Origin: Candidatus Kerfeldbacteria bacterium
GTDB lineage: Bacteria; Patescibacteriota; Patescibacteriia; UBA9570; XYC2-FULL-38-9
Assembly: GCA_043813585.1 (NCBI GenBank)
Contig: JBDRKW010000020.1
Span: 65,185 to 129,184, forward strand
DNA: 64,000 bases
Reading direction: 5' to 3'
Numbering within the stretch: position 1 is the stretch's first letter; every line of letters begins with the position of its first letter. The position numbers and the translations under genes are program-made. Under the pieces are notes generated by a model that searched no databases, was not told where the DNA came from, and was given only the letters and a program-made list of their open reading frames with translations. This document shows positions 34,940 to 42,546 of this stretch, in pieces.

Positions 34940-36691
34940 ATGACCTCGAAAGAGTTTAGGCATTTCAAACCGGAAAAAGTCCTCATCCCGGAAACAGAAA
35001 AAGGCGGCCTGCCGTCCGAGGGTACCCAGATTATTCATGACCAGGACGGCCGGATCGCGTTTTGCGGCTCCCCGCACGATGTTGCGCAGTGGGTGAACGC
35101 CCGGCGCGACGAGGGTGCCACATTTCGAACAGAAGAAGGGGGAGTGCTGCTTCCCGGGCTGGCAGACACGCATTACCACCCTGCAATTTACGGCACGCTC
35201 GAGCTCCTAAGGCCGGCAGACGCGTCCGCAGTAAAATCGGCCGGACAGCTGCGCAACCTCGCGCAGGAGGCGCTGCGCGAACGCAAAGGCGAAACACACT
35301 CGGACGAGCCGCTGGTGATATTGAATTACGATTCTTCACAGGTTGGAAGCTTCAGCGAGCTGAACATGGACGAGGTGGAGGCGACACAGCCGATATTCGT
35401 GCTGGACCGGTCGTTCCACAGCGGCGCGGGCAATTCTGCAGCAATGCGGGTGCTTGACCGGTATTTGGAAAAAAATTACAGCCAGCGCAAACAGAAGTCA
35501 GGCGCGTACGATTTCCCTGGCTATATGAAAAAGCAGGAAATTGCGGAAGCGTTTGTATTCCTGGCAATGGAGTTAGCCGAATCATACCAATCCGTGGAAA
35601 AGGTTGAAGGCGCGATTGAGACGAGCGTGGAAAATTACCTCGCGAAAGGCGTGACGTCGATCCACGAGATGGCGGTCATGTCCTGGCAACAGCTTATGGC
35701 GTACCTGTTGCTTCACAAGGAATGGAAAGGGAAGCACCCGAAGATGGAGTTCCCGGTGAGGCAGATCTACCTAACCGACGCCGTAGTCGAGCGGTTCGTG
35801 CGCGAAGAGGATGCGCTGGTGAAATCCGGTTTGCTGACCGACGATATCAAGGGAATATTAGGAGTGAAACTGCTGGCTGACGGATCAATCGGCAGCAGGA
35901 CCGCGCTTATGGATGAACCCTATTTGTCCGCTGACCAAAAGAAACAGCACGGCATCATCTACAACCGCATGCGCGAGGCGGAAAAAGCGCTCAAACTGGC
36001 AGCACGGTCCGGTTTGGATAAAGTTGCGGTGCATGCGATCGGCGATAAAGGCATTGTGCGCGCCATCGAATTCGGCCGCAAATGGATGGAGATCGCGGAA
36101 AAAGGGAAGATTGACCCGAAATTCCGCATGGAGCATTTTGAACTTCCGCAGCCCGAATCTATTCGCGAGGCAGGGGAGATGGGCGCATGGGTGTCCATGC
36201 AGCCGAATTTTGGACTGGAAGACATTGTGTACCATGACCGCATCGGCAACCGCACGCGGCTGCTCTGTCCGCACGCTGACCTGACGAACGAAGGCGTGCC
36301 GATGATGTTCGGGAGCGACGGCATGCCGGACAGCATGTTGTACGTCATCTGGTCAGCCATGCACCACCACGACCCGAAACACCGGCTGGACGCCATATCA
36401 GCCGTGACAGCCGCATCTGCGGCTGCAGGCGCGTATGAGGGTTCGCTGCGCGGGACGCTGCAGCCCGGGTCGCAGACCGATATTGTGGTGGCGTCGCCGG
36501 AGCTGCTGCAGGTGCTGGCAGACGGACGGCTTGCACAGGACTATTTTGAACAGGCCGACCTGCCGCCTGACCAGCGGACGATCCCGATCCGCGACCAGGT
36601 TGGCGAGCTGGAACGCCGGATTTTGCGGGTATTCAGGAACGGGCAGCTTGTCCATGCAGCAGATTCGGAGAAGGACGGGAAAAGCAGTTGA
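34940..36691 (+). CDS. amidohydrolase family protein (Amidohydro_3-like metal-dependent hydrolase)
   Basis: 'LLPGLADTHYHPA' (HxH metal site), 'VLDRSFHSGAGNS', 'VAVHAIGDKGIVRAIEFG', 'GSDGMPDS'. GC-rich (~58-60%). Confidence 0.7.
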   Translation: MTSKEFRHFKPEKVLIPETEKGGLPSEGTQIIHDQDGRIAFCGSPHDVAQWVNARRDEGATFRTEEGGVLLPGLADTHYHPAIYGTLELLRPADASAVKSAGQLRNLAQEALRERKGETHSDEPLVILNYDSSQVGSFSELNMDEVEATQPIFVLDRSFHSGAGNSAAMRVLDRYLEKNYSQRKQKSGAYDFPGYMKKQEIAEAFVFLAMELAESYQSVEKVEGAIETSVENYLAKGVTSIHEMAVMSWQQLMAYLLLHKEWKGKHPKMEFPVRQIYLTDAVVERFVREEDALVKSGLLTDDIKGILGVKLLADGSIGSRTALMDEPYLSADQKKQHGIIYNRMREAEKALKLAARSGLDKVAVHAIGDKGIVRAIEFGRKWMEIAEKGKIDPKFRMEHFELPQPESIREAGEMGAWVSMQPNFGLEDIVYHDRIGNRTRLLCPHADLTNEGVPMMFGSDGMPDSMLYVIWSAMHHHDPKHRLDAISAVTAASAAAGAYEGSLRGTLQPGSQTDIVVASPELLQVLADGRLAQDYFEQADLPPDQRTIPIRDQVGELERRILRVFRNGQLVHAADSEKDGKSS

Positions 36692-36716
36692 CATTTTTCA
36701 TTCAGTGACGTACGGT

Positions 36717-36741
36717 AAGCCGTTCCTAGAACGGCTTTTTA
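36717..36741 (+). terminator. rho-independent terminator (AAGCCGTTC-cta-GAACGGCTT-TTTT)
   Basis: Perfect 9-bp stem plus T-run, 25 nt after the stop at 36691. Confidence 0.65.
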
Positions 36742-36917
36742 AGCCTTTTTGGGTGATCTTTATACATTTCTGCGAAACGGCAAGCAGCAGGTTTTTAGGT
36801 TGAATTTCGGGCGTTTTGAGTCCAATTAAACCTAGAACACCTTCTGCTTGTTGACGATTAGCGTTGACTGCAGAGAAGGAAACACGATACCAAAACGGGT
36901 ACTGGGAGGTACAAACC

Positions 36918-38411
36918 ATGGGAATGCTGTTTACCGGAAGGTTTCTGACGTTGCTTGATGAGACGGTCGACAAGGTTCTGGTCGACGACGACGGACTGAT
37001 CGTCGCGACCGGCGACTTGGCCGGCTTGCTGGTCAAGAACGCCGAGATCGAGACCGTCGAGCTCCCGGGCTACACCATGCCCGGATTCCGGTCCGAGCAC
37101 GATCACATGCTGTTCACGCTCGTGGCCGGCTCGCTGTCGCTGCGCGGCGTGGACAACGAGGGCGAGGCCGCGACCCTGATCCGGACAGCACTCGGCCGGC
37201 GGCCCGAGGGGTGGGTGGTGATCACCGACTGGAACGACTCGGTACTCAACACCGCCCAGATGTCCGATCTCGTCAATATCCTGGCTGCCGACCGCATGCT
37301 CCTCGTGCTCAACACGAGCTGGCACAGTGCCTTCGGGTCCAGGAACCTGATCAAGCACGTGAGCCCGACGCTCCGCGCCATGAACCTGGCCACCGGCTCG
37401 TGCATCGGCCAGTTACTGACGGAGGACCACGTGCTGCAGACGGTCAGCCTGATGCAGACCAACGCAGATGCGCTGGTCAGCTCGGTGATGGACCGTCAGC
37501 AGTTCCTGTTCAGCAAGGGTGTCACCAGCATGTTCGACAAGCTGGTGCACGGCGAGGCGATTCACGATGCCATGGAGCGCGCCTCTCGCGCCGGATGGCT
37601 GAAGTACCACATCTTCGCGGCCGTGCAGCCGTGGATGATGCGCAACGGTCTCATGCCCGGTCCGCGCGGACGGAGCTTCGAGGTGAAATGGATGAAGTAC
37701 CTGGCCGACGGGTCCTTCGGCTCCCGCACCGCCTTCATGGCCCGCGATTACGGCATGATGTACTCCGACGGCACCGAAGGCGTCTTCCAGCTGCCGCCGC
37801 CCAGCGAGATTTACGACGACCTGACCGAGTGGCTGGACAAGGGCGGCGAGGGCCTCTGCGTCCACGCCATCGGCCCTGGTGCGGTGCACAACGTCATCGG
37901 CCTGTTCGAATGGCTATACAAGCGCATCGGCGATAAGTCGGTGATGATGTCGCTCGAGCACGGTACCACCTGGGTGCCGGGCCTGGTCGAGCGCTTCGCC
38001 AAGTTGCAGCACGCGGGATACAACATCCGGCTCTGCAGCCAGATGTCGTTCACCGAGGACGCCAGCCAGTACGCGGACAGGCTGCCGCAGATCGTTTGCG
38101 ATGCCATCAACCCGTATGCTGACTTCGAACGCTGCGGGGTACTCTACAGTGGCGGGACCGACGGCCCGATCTGCAACGACGACCACCTCGGTGGGACGTC
38201 GCAGGCGGTGAACCGGCCAGGTTCCCAGGCGATCGACGCCCAGACCGCGCTTCGCCGGGTCACGGAGGGTCCGATGGAGGCCGGAATGCCGTTCAACATG
38301 GTGTGCCTCAATCGCGACATCATCGAGAAGCCCATGGAAATGGCGCTGGCACAACCGCTGCAGACCTGGATCAACGGCAAGAAGGTCTGGGAGAAGAGCG
38401 ATAACGAGTAG
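36918..38411 (+). CDS. amidohydrolase family protein (Amidohydro_3-like), compositionally foreign (~64-66% GC)
   Basis: Same architecture as the upstream paralog ('ELPGYTMPGFRSEHDHM', 'VLNTSWHSAFGS', 'LCVHAIGPGAVHNVIGLFEW', 'YSGGTDGP'), about 25-30% identical. SD GGGAGGT lies 7 nt before ATG 36918. The track start is TTG 36864. Confidence 0.7.
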   Translation: MGMLFTGRFLTLLDETVDKVLVDDDGLIVATGDLAGLLVKNAEIETVELPGYTMPGFRSEHDHMLFTLVAGSLSLRGVDNEGEAATLIRTALGRRPEGWVVITDWNDSVLNTAQMSDLVNILAADRMLLVLNTSWHSAFGSRNLIKHVSPTLRAMNLATGSCIGQLLTEDHVLQTVSLMQTNADALVSSVMDRQQFLFSKGVTSMFDKLVHGEAIHDAMERASRAGWLKYHIFAAVQPWMMRNGLMPGPRGRSFEVKWMKYLADGSFGSRTAFMARDYGMMYSDGTEGVFQLPPPSEIYDDLTEWLDKGGEGLCVHAIGPGAVHNVIGLFEWLYKRIGDKSVMMSLEHGTTWVPGLVERFAKLQHAGYNIRLCSQMSFTEDASQYADRLPQIVCDAINPYADFERCGVLYSGGTDGPICNDDHLGGTSQAVNRPGSQAIDAQTALRRVTEGPMEAGMPFNMVCLNRDIIEKPMEMALAQPLQTWINGKKVWEKSDNE

Positions 38412-38440
38412 CGTACCGCGCCAAGCGGCGGCTGCCTCCG

Positions 38441-38491
38441 GCGTGCTTTGCATGAGGTCAATCCCTCTGCAGAGCACGCTGTCTTTTTTTT
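38441..38491 (+). terminator. possible terminator (GCGTGCT ... AGCACGC + T8) after the GC-rich gene
   Basis: 7-bp stem with a long 25-nt loop, followed by TTTTTTTT. Confidence 0.35.
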
Positions 38492-38520
38492 GGGTGAAAA
38501 ATATGCGATAATACTCTCCT

Positions 38521-38880
38521 ATGGACACCAAGATCTGGGGCAAGGTACAACAAGGGAACGCACGCGGCAGCAAACTGGGCTATAACACCGCAAATATCGC
38601 CATTCACCGCGCTGTTGAAGACGGTGTGCATATTTCTCGTACCAAGGTTGACAACGTGTGGCATCCGTCAGTAACCTTCATCGGAGCCGCTATTACCTAT
38701 GGAGATACGAAGCGCCATGCGGAAACGCATATTCTCAACTTCAATAGGAATATTATTGGAAAGCGCATCACCATCAATCTTCTAAGGCGCATCCGCGGCA
38801 ACAGGAAATTCAGCAGCGAACAAGATCTCGTCGCCGCAATAAAGGCAGATATCTCAATCGCTCAAACCTATTTCAAATAA
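38521..38880 (+). CDS. ribK: riboflavin kinase (monofunctional, RibF C-terminal-domain type)
   Basis: 'GKVQQGNARGSKLGYNTANI' (GxxxGRxLGFPTAN motif) and 'ETHILNFNRNIIGKRITINLLRRIRGNRKFSSEQDLVAAIKADI'. Confidence 0.8.
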   Translation: MDTKIWGKVQQGNARGSKLGYNTANIAIHRAVEDGVHISRTKVDNVWHPSVTFIGAAITYGDTKRHAETHILNFNRNIIGKRITINLLRRIRGNRKFSSEQDLVAAIKADISIAQTYFK

Positions 38881-39467
38881 TGTTCACAGGAATCATCACA
38901 GCGTACGAAACAGTCTCTAACATTGTTGAAAAAAATGGCAACAAAATCTTTACGATACTCAAACCGGAACAATGGAAACTCGCAATAGGGGACAGCGTGA
39001 GCGTAAACGGCGTGTGTTCGACTATAATCGCGAGCAACGATGCGACATTTCAAGTAGAGTATATGCCGGAGACCCTTCGCCTCACAACGCTTAATATAAT
39101 CAGCGTGGATGACAAGATAAACCTTGAGCTAAGCGCTAGAATCGGCGACCCTCTTTCCGGCCATTTTGTGTATGGCCATATCGATGGTACAGGCACAATC
39201 GAGCAAATAGAAAAAGACGGTGATTCGCATATTCTGACGATCAGTTTTAATCCTCAATTCAAAAAATATCTCATACAGAAAGGATCCGTAGCGCTCAATG
39301 GAATAAGTTTGACCGTGATCAATCCATCGGGGGATGCATTCCAGGTTGCAATCATCCCGCACACATGGGAAAATACAAACCTTAAAGCGTTAAACGATGG
39401 CGACAGCGTGAACCTGGAATTTGATGCGATCGCAAAATATATTGAACAAATGACAACCGCAAAATGA
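38880..39467 (+). CDS. ribE: riboflavin synthase alpha subunit
   Basis: 'MFTGIITAYETV...AIGDSVSVNGVCST' lumazine-binding repeat, duplicated ('GSVALNGISLTV'). Confidence 0.85.
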   Translation: MFTGIITAYETVSNIVEKNGNKIFTILKPEQWKLAIGDSVSVNGVCSTIIASNDATFQVEYMPETLRLTTLNIISVDDKINLELSARIGDPLSGHFVYGHIDGTGTIEQIEKDGDSHILTISFNPQFKKYLIQKGSVALNGISLTVINPSGDAFQVAIIPHTWENTNLKALNDGDSVNLEFDAIAKYIEQMTTAK

Positions 39468-39913
39468 GCGACCGATTAAAAAAAGAAAAAATAGACATAG
39501 TGAATCCGAAAGCATTAAGGATAGGCATTGTTCGGTCGCTGTATAACCAGGATATCACCGACCAACAGCTGGCACGAGCAACAGAATGCCTTGAAGAGCA
39601 CGGCGTTGCATACGATGTGATCGATGTTACTGGCACCTTTGAAATAGCTTACATGCTCCAGCGGATGGCAGAATCAAAAAAATACAACGGACTTGTTGCG
39701 CTCGGGTGCCTTATTAAGGGTGAAACGTCGCATTACGACATTATCGCAAACGCTATCGGTGAAGCGGTCATGAACCTGATTCGCGAATACAAACTGCCGA
39801 TCGGTTTTGGCATTATTACCGCGTTTGAAAAGGACCAGGCTATTGCGCGCGACTGGCTCGGGCATGACGCAGCCTATGCCGTTCTGCACTCCCTAAATCA
39901 ACTCCAAAAGTAA
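39464..39913 (+). CDS. ribH: 6,7-dimethyl-8-ribityllumazine synthase
   Basis: 'RIGIVRSLYNQDIT...YDVIDVTGTFEIAYMLQRMAESKKYNGLVALGCLIKGETSHYDIIAN'. Confidence 0.85.
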   Translation: MSDRLKKEKIDIVNPKALRIGIVRSLYNQDITDQQLARATECLEEHGVAYDVIDVTGTFEIAYMLQRMAESKKYNGLVALGCLIKGETSHYDIIANAIGEAVMNLIREYKLPIGFGIITAFEKDQAIARDWLGHDAAYAVLHSLNQLQK

Positions 39914-39914
39914 T

Positions 39915-40856
39915 ATGTCATACACGAAACAGCTGGAAGAAATCACTAAGGAGAGTGTTTCGGAAGCAGGAGGTAAGGGGGCGAGCCTGGGCGAAATGAT
40001 GCAGGCCGGTTTTCCGGTGCCGCCGGGATTTGTCATAACCTCATCAACCTACGATGAATTCCTGGATAGGCTGAATGTGAAGGAGGACATCAACGCGCAG
40101 TTGAAGACAGTCGATCTCAATGACATGAACTCTGTTGAAAAAGCAACAGCAGTTATCCACGATATTATCCATGATGTACAGATCCCCGATGATATGCAGA
40201 AAGAGTTCCTTGCAGAGTTCGACAAGCTGGATGCTACCTTTGTTGCAGTGCGCAGCTCTGCAACCGCAGAGGATTCGGCAGTTGCGTCATGGGCTGGCGA
40301 GTTGGAAACATACCTCAACACAACCAAGATAACTTATATCAACAATATTAAGAAGTGCTGGGCGTCGCTATTCTCTCCGCGAGCCATATTCTATAGGATG
40401 GAGAATAAATTAGAGGACGCAAAAGTATCGGTTGCGGTTGTTGTGCAGAAAATGGTCAATAGCGACGTGGCTGGTGTTATTTTCACTGTGCACCCAGTTA
40501 CGAAGAATGATAACCAAATGATTATTGAGGCCGGCTTTGGTTTGGGAGAGATGTTGGTTTCAGGGCAGATCACGCCTGACAGTTATATTGTTGCTAAGGA
40601 TTCACTTACATTGATAGACAGCAATATCTCGACGCAAACATCGAAGATGGTCCGTAATGAATCAGGCATCAACGAAATCGTAAAGTTCTCAGAAGAAGAG
40701 GGTAGTAAGCAGAAGCTGACAACAGATCAAATACAGCAACTCGCTGAGACAGCAAAAAAAATTGAAGCCCATTACGGCTTCCCTTCGGATATTGAGTGGG
40801 CGATAGAGGGGAGTGATATCTTTATCACTCAATCGCGTCCAATCACAACGTTGTAG
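39915..40856 (+). CDS. stand-alone PEP/pyruvate-binding ATP-grasp domain protein (PPDK_N, N-terminal half of PEP synthase / rifampin-phosphotransferase-like enzymes)
   Basis: 'SEAGGKGASLGEMMQAGFPVPPGFVI', 'VAVRSSATAEDSAVASWAGE', 'DIEWAIEGSDIFITQSRPITTL'. The protein ends exactly where the swivel domain would begin. Starts 2 nt after ribH. Confidence 0.8.
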   Translation: MSYTKQLEEITKESVSEAGGKGASLGEMMQAGFPVPPGFVITSSTYDEFLDRLNVKEDINAQLKTVDLNDMNSVEKATAVIHDIIHDVQIPDDMQKEFLAEFDKLDATFVAVRSSATAEDSAVASWAGELETYLNTTKITYINNIKKCWASLFSPRAIFYRMENKLEDAKVSVAVVVQKMVNSDVAGVIFTVHPVTKNDNQMIIEAGFGLGEMLVSGQITPDSYIVAKDSLTLIDSNISTQTSKMVRNESGINEIVKFSEEEGSKQKLTTDQIQQLAETAKKIEAHYGFPSDIEWAIEGSDIFITQSRPITTL

Positions 40857-40858
40857 CG

Positions 40859-42487
40859 CTATACCTCGTGCGCACCTACGCCCTTCATGGATGCGGAGGG
40901 TTCTTCTGTTTCACCGCGCGCTGCACGCGCATCAGCGGCCTGTGTTTGTACGATTAACTGGTCCGTAGCAAGCGGCAGTCGAATAGTAAATGTTGTTCCC
41001 TTGCCTTCGATACTGTCGAAGGTTAGGCTACCGTCATGGCCAAGCACGATTTCATGTGCAACAAACAGGCCAAGGCCGGAACCGTCTGCCTGGATCGTCT
41101 GGATATTCGTACCGCGGTAAAATTTCGTAAAAATACGGTCCTGTTCTTTTTCCGGGATTCCATAGCCTGTATCAGTGACAAAAATATCCACATAATCACC
41201 GGCCTGCTGAAACGTAATGGACACTTGCCCATCCTTTGGCGTATATCGAATCGCGTTGTCGACAATGTTGCGAATTACAATATTAATCTTTTCAACATCA
41301 ATTTGCGCCATCGGTATTGGCGAGGCCGGATCGTGTACCGTGACGGTAACCCCGGCTTCCTGGGCATTCGGTTCAAGTGAGCTTTCGATTTCCTTGGTAA
41401 TCTGGACAATATCGCGTGCTTCAAACTTGAACTTTCCCGCTTCTGTTTCGATTTTCGTGACATCCAGTAAGCTGTTGATAAGAATGATCATTCGGTCGAT
41501 GTTTTCCAGCCCTTTGCCCAATTGCTGGGATGCTTCTTCGGGCATTTTACCTAGATCACCTTCAACAGCCATGCTCACGACCCATTTGATCCCGGACATC
41601 GGCGTACGGAGTTGATGCGCTGCGATGGAAAGAAATTCTGTTTTTTGCTGGTCGAGTTTTTTGGTCTTTTCGAGCTCGACAATCAACGCTTCCTGAGTAG
41701 CTTTAATGCGCGTCGTCATCGTATTAAACGTTTCCGCAAATAGGCCAAGCTCATCTTTTGTATCTATCTCAACTGCCCTGAACTTGCCTTGCCCAATATC
41801 GATTGCAGCTGCTGACAACTGGGCGATAGGCCGTGCGATGGACCGCTGCACAAAAATAAAGATGAACAACATGACGACAATGGCAACAACGCCCACAATA
41901 GCAACATTCAGTATTGTCTGACTGACAAGCGCATCGGTGTTATCCCGCTCCGTCTGCGCTTCTTGCTCTACCTTGGTTTCAGATTCTTCTTCCAAGAAAG
42001 CGGTCAGGGAGTCGCGTGCCTTTGCAACGATCGTAATTTTTTCCTGAACTTGTTCTTCGCTGGCATTCGATTCAAATGTGGCGATCATTTGTGTCAGTGC
42101 TTCTGCAACAAGGTTTATCTGATCCTGAAAATCCGAAGAAAATTGAAAATCTTCCTGTGTCTGGGAAAGGTAAAATACTTCTAATTGATGCATTAACGCT
42201 TCATTCAAACTATCTTCATAGCGCTGTTTATTTACCGGGTTGCCCGTTTGCACGTAATCCACAGCTGAAAAAATAGAAGCATTCAGCGCATCTTTCGTAT
42301 GCGAAGCATGGATAAGCCGCGGAATTAATACTTGAGATATGCGCGCCGTGTCTGTGCGGATATCAGAAATCGAGGTGACATTAAGTGCGCCCAAATCAAT
42401 AATGAGCAGCAGCATGACAAAAAAGACCAGAAAAAACTTAATCCGTAACTTGAGGCTGCGGAGCGCCTTAATGAATGATGATGCCAT
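40859..42487 (-). CDS. membrane sensor histidine kinase (extracytoplasmic sensor, HAMP, HisKA, HATPase_c)
   Basis: Two TMs flank a ~150-aa sensor region. H-box 'IAAHQLRTPMSGI'. 'RNIVDNAIRYT', 'DTGYGIP', 'GSGLGL'. Confidence 0.8.
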   Translation of the reverse strand: MASSFIKALRSLKLRIKFFLVFFVMLLLIIDLGALNVTSISDIRTDTARISQVLIPRLIHASHTKDALNASIFSAVDYVQTGNPVNKQRYEDSLNEALMHQLEVFYLSQTQEDFQFSSDFQDQINLVAEALTQMIATFESNASEEQVQEKITIVAKARDSLTAFLEEESETKVEQEAQTERDNTDALVSQTILNVAIVGVVAIVVMLFIFIFVQRSIARPIAQLSAAAIDIGQGKFRAVEIDTKDELGLFAETFNTMTTRIKATQEALIVELEKTKKLDQQKTEFLSIAAHQLRTPMSGIKWVVSMAVEGDLGKMPEEASQQLGKGLENIDRMIILINSLLDVTKIETEAGKFKFEARDIVQITKEIESSLEPNAQEAGVTVTVHDPASPIPMAQIDVEKINIVIRNIVDNAIRYTPKDGQVSITFQQAGDYVDIFVTDTGYGIPEKEQDRIFTKFYRGTNIQTIQADGSGLGLFVAHEIVLGHDGSLTFDSIEGKGTTFTIRLPLATDQLIVQTQAADARAARGETEEPSASMKGVGAHEV

Positions 42488-42546
42488 ATAAAAAGTATAC
42501 CATGTTTTTTCTTCTCGGAAAAACTATATTATGGTATAGTATTTTT

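Noticed and set aside
35031-37936. Multiple long ORFs on alternative frames (35062-35457, 35885-36274, 37211-37936, 37413-37889, 37914-38573)
   Set aside because: They are high-GC artefacts overlapping two clearly homologous amidohydrolase genes. Their translations are Arg/Pro/Ala/Gly-rich.
38441-38520. FMN riboswitch upstream of ribK (and upstream of ribB at about 22700)
   Set aside because: The upstream sequences are an 80-nt terminator/promoter region and protein-coding DNA respectively. Neither has the length or the conserved RFN helices.
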